From NCBI GenBank assembly GCA_965220545.1, contig CBDCQF010000009.1, forward strand, positions 84,660-148,659: DNA of 64,000 bases, written 5' to 3'. Position 1 is the stretch's first letter. The number at the start of each line of letters is the position of its first letter. The notes beneath the pieces were generated by a model. That model saw only the letters and a list, made by a program, of their open reading frames with translations, made no database searches and was not told where the DNA came from. Position numbers and translations under genes: made by a program. The DNA comes from Dehalococcoidia bacterium. Its GTDB lineage: Bacteria > Chloroflexota > Dehalococcoidia > Lucifugimonadales > QGNO01. This document shows, piece after piece, positions 19,782-28,765 of this stretch.

Positions 19782-21824
19782 ATGGAAACCTATCCGGAGC
19801 TCATCGCCGCTTCCATCGCCGTAGGAATCGTCGCACTACTCTTCTCCGTCTATCTCATCGCCAGGGTCCTCCGACAAAGCGCCGGTAACGAGACCGTTCA
19901 GGACATCGGCAAAGCCATCCAGGAAGGCGCCATGGCCTTCCTCAAGCGTGAGTACCGCATCCTCACCGTCTTCGTCGTAGTCATCGCGGTGATCATCGCC
20001 GTCTTCATCGACTACGACGTTCTGGACAAGGTCGGCTCCGACCGCTCGTTGCCTTCCACAGCCATCTCCTACCTGGTCGGAGCCATCGGCTCAGGTCTGG
20101 CCGGATTCGTCGGCATGACCATCGCGGTAAGGGCAAACACTCGAACCACCGCCGGCGCTGCCCAGGGCCTCAACCCCGGCCTCCGCGTAGCCTTCAACAG
20201 CGGCGCGGTAATGGGCATAACCGTGGTGGGAATAGGCATCATCGGCGTCGCCGTGCTCTACTGGATCTTCCAAGATGCCAACATCGTCGCCGGATTCGGC
20301 TTTGGCGCTTCGTCCATCGCCCTCTTCGCCCGTGTTGGAGGCGGTATCTACACCAAGGCCGCCGACGTCGGCGCCGACCTCGTGGGCAAGGTCGAGCAGA
20401 ACATACCCGAGGACGACCCGCGTAATCCGGCCACCATCGCCGACAACGTTGGCGACAACGTTGGCGACGTCGCCGGTATGGGCGCGGACCTCTTCGAATC
20501 TTACGTCGGCTCCATCATCGCCGCCATCGCCTTGGGAGCGACCGCCGCCGTTTTCAACAGCTCCAGCGACTCCTTCGACGGAGCGCGATTCGTGCTTCCG
20601 CTTCTCGTCGCCTCGATAGGCATCGTCGCGTCCATACTGGGCACCTTCCTTGTCCGCACCGGAGAGAACGCCACCATGGGAAGATTGCTCTGGGCCCTTC
20701 GCACCGGCATCTACTCCGCCGGTGGACTCGTTCTTATCGGCACCGCCGTGGCCATCGCCATCCTGGGCCTCGACTTCAAACTGTTCTGGGTCGTCCTGGT
20801 CGGTCTGGTGGTGGGACAGGTTATAGGGTTCGCCACCGAGTACTTCACCGCCTACGAATACGGCCCGACCAAGAAGCTGGCCGAGCAGGCCGTGACCGGC
20901 CCCGCCACCGTCATCATCGGCGGCCTTGGGCTGGGCATGCTCAGCACCGTGGTGCCGCTGGTTGCCGTGGTCGCGGGCATCTGGATAGCCAACGAGCTGG
21001 CTGGCGTCTACGGCATCGCCCTTGCCGCCGTGGGCATGCTATCCACCCTTGGTATCACCCTGGCCACCGACGCTTATGGCCCTGTAGCCGATAACGCAGG
21101 CGGCATCGCGGAGCAGGCCGGCCTTCCACCCGAGGTCCGGCAGCGCACCGACGCCCTGGACGCCCTGGGCAATACGACCGCCGCCACCGGCAAAGGGTTC
21201 GCCATCGGCTCCGCCGTCCTTACCGCTCTCGCCCTCATGGTCGCCTATTCGCAAGTCGCCGACCTCGAACTACTTGACCTGCTCGAACCCCAAGTCCTGC
21301 TCGGACTGCTCATCGGCGCGGTGCTTCCCTTTGTCTTCTCCTCCATGACCATGCAGGCCGTGGGCCGTGCCGCCAATAAGATGATCGAAGAGGTGCGACG
21401 CCAGTTCCGCGAGATCCCCGGCATCATGGAGGGCACCGGTCGCCCCGACTACGCCCGCGCCGTCGACATCAGCACCAGCGGCGCACTCCGCGAGATGATC
21501 CTGCCCGGGCTCATCGCCATCATCGCGCCCATAGCCGTCGGCGCGCTCATGGGCGCTGAGGCCCTGGGCGGCCTGCTCATAGGAGCCATCTCCGCCGGAT
21601 TCCTCCTCGCCATCACCATGGCCAATGCCGGAGGAGCCTGGGACAACGCCAAGAAATACGTGGAGCTGGGGAACTTCGGCGGCAAGGGCTCGGACACCCA
21701 CCACGCCGCTGTCGTCGGCGACACCGTCGGCGACCCGTTCAAGGACACCAGCGGCCCGTCCCTCAACATCCTCATAAAGCTCATGGCCATAGTCTCCCTG
21801 GTATTCGGCCCGCTGTTCATCTAG
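19782..21824 (+). CDS. hppA: Membrane-bound proton/sodium-translocating pyrophosphatase
   Basis: 680 aa; GGGIYTKAADVGADLVGKVE, DNVGDNVGD, DPFKDTSGPSLNILIKLM signatures. Confidence 0.95.
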   Translation: METYPELIAASIAVGIVALLFSVYLIARVLRQSAGNETVQDIGKAIQEGAMAFLKREYRILTVFVVVIAVIIAVFIDYDVLDKVGSDRSLPSTAISYLVGAIGSGLAGFVGMTIAVRANTRTTAGAAQGLNPGLRVAFNSGAVMGITVVGIGIIGVAVLYWIFQDANIVAGFGFGASSIALFARVGGGIYTKAADVGADLVGKVEQNIPEDDPRNPATIADNVGDNVGDVAGMGADLFESYVGSIIAAIALGATAAVFNSSSDSFDGARFVLPLLVASIGIVASILGTFLVRTGENATMGRLLWALRTGIYSAGGLVLIGTAVAIAILGLDFKLFWVVLVGLVVGQVIGFATEYFTAYEYGPTKKLAEQAVTGPATVIIGGLGLGMLSTVVPLVAVVAGIWIANELAGVYGIALAAVGMLSTLGITLATDAYGPVADNAGGIAEQAGLPPEVRQRTDALDALGNTTAATGKGFAIGSAVLTALALMVAYSQVADLELLDLLEPQVLLGLLIGAVLPFVFSSMTMQAVGRAANKMIEEVRRQFREIPGIMEGTGRPDYARAVDISTSGALREMILPGLIAIIAPIAVGALMGAEALGGLLIGAISAGFLLAITMANAGGAWDNAKKYVELGNFGGKGSDTHHAAVVGDTVGDPFKDTSGPSLNILIKLMAIVSLVFGPLFI

Positions 21825-21834
21825 CCACTCCCCA

Positions 21835-22238
21835 ACGTCATGCCCGTGAAGACGGGCATCCAGGGACGGTGGGCATGGACTCACGTTCATGGTGAGCCTG
21901 TCGAAGGGAGTGAGCGGTCGCCCACACCGTCGTTCCCGCGCAGGGGACCTTTGTAACATCTTCCTCCTTGACGGGGGAAGATTGAGATGGGGGTGAACCT
22001 GCGTGGGCAGCCTTAATCAACCCCCCGACGAGCATCCAGGGTGTCCACTCCCTGTCCGCTCACCCTGAGCCTGTCGAAGGGAGTGAGCAGGCGGCGCCAC
22101 ACCGTCATTCTGAACGTAGTGAAGAATCCCAAGCCTCTGCCCGCAAAACCACGAAAACCCATCCGTCTTTCCCGCGCAGGCGGGAACCCAGGGGCGGCAG
22201 AAAACACTACCCGCTTACCCTGAGCACAGCCGAAGGAA
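21835..22238. repeat. Intergenic repeat mosaic (modules C, D, C, E, D, B, C, D)
   Basis: ~400 bp made almost entirely of recognisable modules. Confidence 0.9.
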
Positions 22239-22280
22239 ATGGGGTCGTACCACTGTTCCCCGTTGGTCTATACTCTCTCC

Positions 22281-23156
22281 ATGGGCGCACTATCCCTAGC
22301 ACTGGTCTTGCTTTCCGCCCTTTGCCATTCATCGTGGAACCTGCTGCTTAAACGTTCTGGCAACCAGGAGGTCTTCGCTTGGGCCCTTCTGGTGAGCGGG
22401 AGCGTACTGTTAGCCCCATTGAGTGGCATTCTGTTCTGGCTCTACCCGGTTTCGGCCTCTGGATACTGGCTGGCTCTGGCATCCGCGGCAACGCATGTAG
22501 TCTATTTCGTCTTCCTGGGTCGGGCATATTCTCAAGGCGACCTGTCCCTGGTTTATCCCATAGCCAGAGGTGTTGGCCCCATGCTGGTCCCTGTGCTGGC
22601 GGTGCTGCTGTTGGGCGAGAGTGTGGCCCTGCCTGCCGCAACCGGCATCATCCTTATCATTGTCGGCATCTTCATAGTGTCATGGTGGGGACGTTTCCGG
22701 AAGATCCTTGCTCAGCCTTCAGTCTTCCTTCGGGATGGAGGCGTCCGCTATGCCATACTCACCGGGCTGTCAATCACCACGTATACACTGATAGACAAGG
22801 CCGGTGTGGGTCACGTCCAGCCCTTCCTCTACATGTACATGATCAACATAGGCGCTGCCATTGGCCTGGCTCCTTACATTGCATTCAAGCACGGGATGAC
22901 CCCGGTACGACGGGAATGGCAATCGAGCCCCTGGTCTATCGTGACTGCAAGCTTGCTGGTCTTCATTGCTTATGGCTTGGTATTGACTGCCTTCTCCCTC
23001 TCTCGGGTCAGCTATGTGGGCCCAGCACGAGAAGTAGGCATAGTGTTTGGCGTCCTCTTGGGAGTCTTGGTCCTCAAAGAGCAATTCGGGCAGGGCCGGC
23101 TGCTCGGGTCCACCCTCATCGTGCTGGGCCTGACCTTGATCGCCTTGTCGCCTTAA
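22281..23156 (+). CDS. EamA/DMT-family transporter
   Basis: ~10 TM helices with two EamA-like halves; start at MGALSLALV downstream of repeat DNA. Confidence 0.8.
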   Translation: MGALSLALVLLSALCHSSWNLLLKRSGNQEVFAWALLVSGSVLLAPLSGILFWLYPVSASGYWLALASAATHVVYFVFLGRAYSQGDLSLVYPIARGVGPMLVPVLAVLLLGESVALPAATGIILIIVGIFIVSWWGRFRKILAQPSVFLRDGGVRYAILTGLSITTYTLIDKAGVGHVQPFLYMYMINIGAAIGLAPYIAFKHGMTPVRREWQSSPWSIVTASLLVFIAYGLVLTAFSLSRVSYVGPAREVGIVFGVLLGVLVLKEQFGQGRLLGSTLIVLGLTLIALSP

Positions 23157-23165
23157 CAGCGAACA

Positions 23166-23362
23166 CCGCTCACCGCCAGCGCAGCGAAGCAATCCGGCGG
23201 CGAGGAGAGTTTACCCTGAGCATCGCCGAAGGGTCATTCTGAGAAGCGCAGCACCGAAGAATCTAAAACCTCCGCCATCGTAAGCCAGCCACATAGTCCC
23301 TACCCGCTCATGGTGAGCTTAGAGTTTACCTCGAGCACAGCCGAAGGAAGGATTTGAGCGCC
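23166..23362. repeat. Intergenic repeat mosaic (modules B, D, B, D)
   Basis: agcgcagcgaagcaatcc; agtttaccctgagcatcgccgaagggtcattctgag; ccgctcatggtgagcttagagtttacctcgagcacagccgaagg. Confidence 0.9.
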
Positions 23363-23745
23363 GCAGGCCCATCTTTGCACTAAGTTACAACAACTCACAG
23401 CAAATTGCGACGAAAGTTACGCAACGGTAACACATATGATTATACAATGCACCGTGAGTCTAGGTACAGGTTTCCCGTGAACAATGGAGGGGCTTAGCAA
23501 TGGTACATGTCAAGCTATGGCCTGCAAGGTCAGGATTCCCGTATCCACACGGCATTGTTCATATCGGCTGTCGCATGTACCGCAACCGCCGTACTGATAG
23601 AGACTGGTACGACACAACAAACAAGAACACCGCAGACCTAGCGTTTCCAGACCATAGGCTCTATTGGTGTACATTCAGAGCCTGTTTTGGGCGGGACAAT
23701 CCTAGACCTTTTCCGGTTTGGACAAGATGAATCGGAGCAAACGGG

Positions 23746-24330
23746 GTGTCCGTGCATAAGGTGCTTCTGATTGTTGGCCTAGTGATTCTTCTAGTGGCTT
23801 GTACACAACCTGAGCCTGCCGCTACCCCTACTCCTGCAGTAGACCTTCAAGCTACGATAGAGGCCCTGAGAGCGGAGCCAACACCTATGGTTGTCGTAAT
23901 TGCTACGGCTACGCCCACTGCTACACCTACCAACACTCCTACACCAACTCCTACCCCTACTGCAACTCCAATATCAGGCTTGCAACAGTATGCGAAAACG
24001 TGCGGAACGGTAACTGAATTGTTAATGGATTCAGACACCTGGGGAGATGTCACTCAGAACGCCCAATTTGCTTATCAGACAATGGAATCCCTTACGCCAC
24101 CAGAAGGGCTAGAGATTTACCATGATAGTTTGCTAGACAGATTTGCGGCTACAGTAGCAGTAGCAGAACAACAATCACCGAACAAAACCTTGGAAGAGGA
24201 ACAGACTAAGGCGAGCGATCCCCAAAGTGTGACAAACTTGGTGAGCTCTGCTGCTCGTCTTAGTGCTGTAACAGACACACTTGCTAGCAATACTAGAGAT
24301 ACGCTAGTAAGTTCTGGTTGCTTGTACTAA
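23746..24330 (+). CDS. Lipoprotein with Thr/Pro-rich linker, unknown function
   Basis: GTG start; lipobox LLVAC; [20 protein letters not shown] linker; AT-richer islet. Confidence 0.6.
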   Translation: MSVHKVLLIVGLVILLVACTQPEPAATPTPAVDLQATIEALRAEPTPMVVVIATATPTATPTNTPTPTPTPTATPISGLQQYAKTCGTVTELLMDSDTWGDVTQNAQFAYQTMESLTPPEGLEIYHDSLLDRFAATVAVAEQQSPNKTLEEEQTKASDPQSVTNLVSSAARLSAVTDTLASNTRDTLVSSGCLY

Positions 24331-24340
24331 GGAGGATAAC

Positions 24341-24691
24341 ATGACGGAAGAAACCAGCCCAAACATCCAAGAAGCACTAGCAAAGAGGCTACTGGTGGTT
24401 GTTCGATTCATTCCACCTAAAGCTAGGAAGATGGGGTACGCTCCTGATGGGCAAGATGTAGCTGCTGTCATACATCGCCGTTCCTGTAAGACCGTCCCTA
24501 CTACTCTTGTGGACGAAGGACAGTGTATAGAAATAGGGCAAGAGTGCCTTGCAAGGATTGGTTGTTGGGTGTTGTTTGCTAACCAGGAAGATGCACACAA
24601 AGGCGCTGAGGAATATGCGATGGAACGATACGGAAGTGTGAAGGGTAACATCACCGTTGAACCACTAACTTGCTGTCGAGTCGACAGCTAG
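24341..24691 (+). CDS. Hypothetical small Cys/His-motif protein (paralog-like to 24875-25132)
   Basis: 116 aa; AGGAGG SD 6 nt upstream; shared pattern IHRxxC...GC(W/Y)...F..eA...A....C-x(1,2)-C. Confidence 0.55.
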   Translation: MTEETSPNIQEALAKRLLVVVRFIPPKARKMGYAPDGQDVAAVIHRRSCKTVPTTLVDEGQCIEIGQECLARIGCWVLFANQEDAHKGAEEYAMERYGSVKGNITVEPLTCCRVDS

Positions 24692-24874
24692 CCTGTTACC
24701 AACTGCTTGTAGGTCAATCGCTTACCATTCCCGGCCTGAACAGGGTCTAAGAGCAAGGCATAAGATCGCCGAGGCCTTCGCTCTCCCATTGGACTGTATC
24801 CTGACAAAAGGCACCCACCCTTTCTGGCGCTGTCCTTAGAGTAGAGTCAAGGAGTAGATAGGGAGGAAATAGAA

Positions 24875-25132
24875 ATGACTTTCACCGTCTATGAGAATAG
24901 ACTCAACAACTATGCATCCATCCACAGAGAGGGTTGCAGCCACATCAGACAGCATGGAGGGGAGAGTAGCGTAGACCCCCCAACTGGCTGTTATCATGAC
25001 GAGATTGGAACATTCCTAGAGGCACTACGGATAGCACTCAACTCAGGGAAGCGAAACCTAGCTTTGTGCAGCAGGTGTTTCCTAGGCGGTGTACAACTGC
25101 GGAACTGGCAACCGATGAACTCCACAAGCTAA
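24875..25132 (+). CDS. Hypothetical small Cys/His-motif protein
   Basis: 85 aa; GGGAGGA SD upstream; YENRLNNYASIHREGCSHI...GCYHDEIGTFLEAL...CSRC. Confidence 0.55.
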   Translation: MTFTVYENRLNNYASIHREGCSHIRQHGGESSVDPPTGCYHDEIGTFLEALRIALNSGKRNLALCSRCFLGGVQLRNWQPMNSTS

Positions 25133-25596
25133 CCTGACCACTTGTTATTTTCTGGCATGAGTCGAGCGACAGGAAGGGACAAGTATGGTTCACGCTAATC
25201 TATGGAATCCCAACCCAGGAATGGGGCGACCCTGGTTGCACGCTATGGTTCACCGTCCTTAATGTCCGCACTATCGGGCTCGACGTGAACTTTCCAAGTG
25301 GCGTGATTTCGAGAATGAGCACACCGCAGACCAAGAACTTCACAGATTGGGTTATAGACCCTTTCGATGTAGGGTTTGTTTCCCACACGACACGAACCGC
25401 CATTTGATGTAGCAGCAGGTTTGAAGCTAAGACACGAATTATTCCTGATATGGCTTGTGGCGGGTGTGGCACTAGCAGAATGGGCGTATCCCGAAAGTGA
25501 CCTCGTAGCTCTACTTTGGGACTTGATTACAAGACCGTTCTAGTCAGCAATCCTCCCCGTTGTTTACCTTCGATATAATTCCCATTCAAAGCCCCC

Positions 25597-27030
25597 CTAC
25601 CCCGCGTACCTGCTCCTACCCCAGAAACCCTCCGGCAGCTCCAGCAGGTCTCGCACCCCTGCCCTATCCAGCATCCTCTCCGTTGCCCTTTGCGACACCT
25701 CCAGCGCCTCCGACTCGTCCACGCTTTTCACCACGCGACCCTCCATCAGCACCTTGCCATCCACCATCACCGTATCCACGTCGTGCCCGCTGGCGAAATT
25801 GGTGATGCGATATACCGGCATGTTCGATGGATAGAGATGCGGCTTCTCCATGTCGACCAGGATAAGGTCCGCCTTCTTCCCCGCTTCCAGCGATCCCAGT
25901 TCGCTCTCCACTCCCAGCGCCCTCGCCGAATCTATGGTCACCATCTCCAGCACCTTGCCCTGCGGCATGTATGAAGGATCGTGGAAGTGCGTTCTCTGGT
26001 AGTGCATGCACTGGAACATGTGCCTGAACATATCGAAGCCCCTGTCCGGGGCGTTCCCGTCCGAGCCGAGTATCACCGTCACCCCAGCGTCTATCAACTC
26101 CGGCACCGGGCATCGAGCCATTATCGCCGCCACCGCGCTGGGGTTGTGCACTATCTTGGTGTCCGTCTCACGGCAGATCTCTATCTCCTCGTCCGTCAAC
26201 CCCGTTGAGTGCGATAGCAAAGCGTCCGGCCCCAGTATGCCCAGTTGCTCATGCGCGAATTTCACCGTGCCCCTGGAGTGCCCGTCCTGCGCGAACATCA
26301 CCCCGTGCTTCTCGGTCAACGACCTCACAGCGTCCGCCTGCGCCTTCAGCTCTCCTAAATCAACACGACCGCTCTCCGGGTTGTGCACCGGCAGCATCAT
26401 CATCAACCTCATCCGGCCTTCCGCCCCGCCGTGCCACCTCTCTATCAGCGATTCACTGCTGGCAAGGTAATCGTCGAACCCCACCATCCTCTCCGACCGC
26501 TTCTCCCCGTCCCACTCCACGTACCTTCTTGGGTACGGCGCGTTGCTCGGCCCGACCGCCAGGAGCTCCCGCGTCCCCATGCGCTCCACCGCCTGACAGT
26601 GCCGCTCTCCGTACACCGGACTGTCCGAGCGGACCACCATCGTCCCGCCGCCCAGAAAGGTGACGCCCGAGGTCACTCCGAATTTCAGCCGCTCCAACGA
26701 CGTGAGCAGCGCGTCCGCGTACCAGTACTCCTCGTCCGTGGCCTCGGCGTATATGCGGTCCGCCGCCTCCGCCCACACCCCCGCACGACCCACTCCCAAG
26801 GTCTTCACCAGACTGTGTCCGGCGTGACCGTGACCGTCAATCAGCCCCGGCATGACCACTTTGCCGCTTGCCTCTATCACCCTGCTCGCCCGGTGCGACG
26901 CCTCCACCTCCCTCCTAGGCCCCACCTCCAGTATGCGGTCGCCTCCTATTGCCACCGCGCCGTCATCAATCACCCGACGATCCGGATCCATGGTTATTAC
27001 CCATCCGCCGGAAACCACTATGTCAGCCAT
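25597..27030 (-). CDS. Metal-dependent amidohydrolase (chlorohydrolase/aminohydrolase superfamily)
   Basis: MPGLIDGHGHAGHS (HxH), ..HSTGL.., ILGSDGN motifs; start at MADIVVSGGWVITMD abutting the upstream gene stop. Confidence 0.85.
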   Translation of the reverse strand: MADIVVSGGWVITMDPDRRVIDDGAVAIGGDRILEVGPRREVEASHRASRVIEASGKVVMPGLIDGHGHAGHSLVKTLGVGRAGVWAEAADRIYAEATDEEYWYADALLTSLERLKFGVTSGVTFLGGGTMVVRSDSPVYGERHCQAVERMGTRELLAVGPSNAPYPRRYVEWDGEKRSERMVGFDDYLASSESLIERWHGGAEGRMRLMMMLPVHNPESGRVDLGELKAQADAVRSLTEKHGVMFAQDGHSRGTVKFAHEQLGILGPDALLSHSTGLTDEEIEICRETDTKIVHNPSAVAAIMARCPVPELIDAGVTVILGSDGNAPDRGFDMFRHMFQCMHYQRTHFHDPSYMPQGKVLEMVTIDSARALGVESELGSLEAGKKADLILVDMEKPHLYPSNMPVYRITNFASGHDVDTVMVDGKVLMEGRVVKSVDESEALEVSQRATERMLDRAGVRDLLELPEGFWGRSRYAG

Positions 27031-27032
27031 AA

Positions 27033-27395
27033 CTAACCCCCGATTATTGGTCCGTACAGCACCTGGCGTCTGTTCCTGGTGTATGGCCTGACCTGCTCCG
27101 GCCATCTGCCAATCTCCACCGCTTTGGCCCAATCGTCGCCCCTGAGCACGTCCGGGCTCTCCAACTCGTACAGAGCCGCGTAGGAAGGCTCATCGCTGTG
27201 CTCGTACACCTGCAGCCCCCCGCCGATTGCTATCTCCACCCTGGGCAGCCTCTTGAACCGCACCGCCGAGAGCACCCCCGGCACCTTCAACAGCTCCGGC
27301 ACGTGCTCCTGGTCGTACACCTCGTTGAACACGTCCTCCTTGCCCGGCTCCACATCCATCCTGGTAAGCAAAAAGTACCTGCTGTCTATCGGCAT
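27033..27395 (-). CDS. Small alpha+beta protein (EthD/DUF4286-like dimeric barrel?), co-transcribed with the amidohydrolase
   Basis: 120 aa; adjacent to the downstream gene start; family assignment is tentative. Confidence 0.5.
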   Translation of the reverse strand: MPIDSRYFLLTRMDVEPGKEDVFNEVYDQEHVPELLKVPGVLSAVRFKRLPRVEIAIGGGLQVYEHSDEPSYAALYELESPDVLRGDDWAKAVEIGRWPEQVRPYTRNRRQVLYGPIIGG

Positions 27396-27416
27396 AATCC
27401 CCTCCTATCCTTCTCG

Positions 27417-27849
27417 CCATTGCGAGAAACATTGTAGGGGCGGTTCGCGAACCGCCCCTGCTACCCCCACGTCTTGCCCGCGCAGGCGGGAACCCACGCA
27501 CGCACACCTCCCTACCGTCATTCCGTGCGCCACACTGTCATTCTGAGCGCAGCGAAGAATCTTCTACCACAACAAACTAGGTCCCTCTACCCGCAAACTC
27601 CGTCCGCCTTCACCCACCCCCAGTCACCATTGCGAGAAACATCGTGGGGCGGTTCGCGAACCGCCCTGCTACCCCCACGTCTTGCCCGCGCAGGCGGGCA
27701 TCCAGGGGTGGTGGGGTATAGACTCCCGCCTTCGCGGGAGTGACGACAATACGCACCCGCCCACACTGTCATTCTGAACGGAGCTCCGCGTAGTGAAGAA
27801 TCCAAAGCCTCCGTTGCCAGCCTGCCCGTTTGCCCGCATGTCACTCCCC
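27417..27849. repeat. Intergenic repeat mosaic including two copies of a ~75-bp A+C compound unit 210 bp apart, plus B, B, F modules
   Basis: ccattgcgagaaacat(t/c)gt(a)ggggcggttcgcgaaccgccc(c)tgctacccccacgtcttgcccgcgcaggcggg at 27417 and 27627; third copy near 12525. Confidence 0.9.
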
Positions 27850-28449
27850 CTACCGCAAGAACGGGTTGTTCCGCCTCTCATCCCCTATCGTCGATTCCCC
27901 GCCGTGGCCTGGCAACACCACCGTCTCGTCGGGCAGCGTCAGCAGCCGCGACTCGATGCTCGCCAGCAGCAGCGGCCCGTTCCCGCCGTCCAAGTCAAAG
28001 CGGCCGATGCTCCCCTTGAACAGCGTATCGCCGGTAAACACCGTCCCCTCGACGTAAAAGCACACCGATCCCGGCGTGTGGCCCGGCGTCTCCATCACCC
28101 TTAGTGTTGCTCCGCCAACACGCAGTTCATCGCCGTCGTTTAGAAAACCGTCGGGTGGTGGAGGCATCTGGTAGTCCGGTATCAACATCGGCGCCCACGA
28201 CGCGCTCGCCGCCATGACCCGCACGTCCGACTGGTGAATCCTGAACTCCGCGGACGTCCTCTCCTTGATCTCCTTTACCGCCCCGTTGTGGTCTCCGTGG
28301 CCGTGCGTATTCACCATCAGCGCCACACTCAGCCCGGCCTCTTCCACCTTATGCAGTATCAGGTCCGACTGTGCCCCGGGGTCGATCAGTATGCACTCCC
28401 CCGACTCCTCAGACCCCACGATATACGCGTTCTCCCGACATGGAGCCAA
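27850..28449 (-). CDS. MBL-fold metallo-hydrolase (glyoxalase-II/YcbL-like; persulfide dioxygenase not excluded)
   Basis: VNTHGHGDHNG, PGHTPGS, FTGDTLF.GSIGR.DL, PGHG motifs; TTG start; N-terminus is short for the family. Confidence 0.8.
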   Translation of the reverse strand: MAPCRENAYIVGSEESGECILIDPGAQSDLILHKVEEAGLSVALMVNTHGHGDHNGAVKEIKERTSAEFRIHQSDVRVMAASASWAPMLIPDYQMPPPPDGFLNDGDELRVGGATLRVMETPGHTPGSVCFYVEGTVFTGDTLFKGSIGRFDLDGGNGPLLLASIESRLLTLPDETVVLPGHGGESTIGDERRNNPFLR

Positions 28450-28516
28450 CCACTACTTTTTTCAGGATTAGTTCACTTGAAGCCAATGTTTTAAGACAGT
28501 AGATAGTCTTGTGCAT

Positions 28517-28675
28517 CTAGAGAGCTTTGAGTTCGCCCTTGGACTTGGCTTCCAAAACCTCAGCCGACATGGCATCCAGCTTGCCAGCCTTTACGTCCTC
28601 TTCAAACTCTCTGTCCCACTGCTCCCAGTTTTTGTCTGGCGGAGTTGGCATATCTATCTTAGATGCTTTATGCAT
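28517..28675 (-). CDS. Small acidic hypothetical protein (52 aa)
   Basis: Below the track cutoff; ATG with GAAGGTG SD upstream; MHKASKIDMPTPPDKNWEQWDREFEEDVKAGKLDAMSAEVLEAKSKGELKAL. Confidence 0.35.
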   Translation of the reverse strand: MHKASKIDMPTPPDKNWEQWDREFEEDVKAGKLDAMSAEVLEAKSKGELKAL

Positions 28676-28716
28676 GTACACCTTCTATCTACCCGCAAAC
28701 TCCGTTCGTTGCCAGC

Positions 28717-28756
28717 CTGCCCGTTTGCCAGTATGTCCGTATGTCCGTATGTCCGT
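28717..28756. repeat. Octanucleotide array (ctgcccgt ttgccagt atgtccgt x3)
   Basis: Same 8-nt unit family as 19554-19705. Confidence 0.85.
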
Positions 28757-28765
28757 CCCCACCCC

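Noticed and set aside
23500-23730. 76-aa plus-strand ORF upstream of the lipoprotein gene
   Set aside because: It is Arg/Trp/Cys-rich, has no SD and ends just before the lipoprotein start. It is more likely a 5' leader or untranslated spacer.
25200-25472. 90-aa minus-strand ORF in the AT-richer islet
   Set aside because: It has no SD, no recognisable motif and an odd composition, and neighbouring frames show no support. It is left unannotated and might be a decayed gene fragment.
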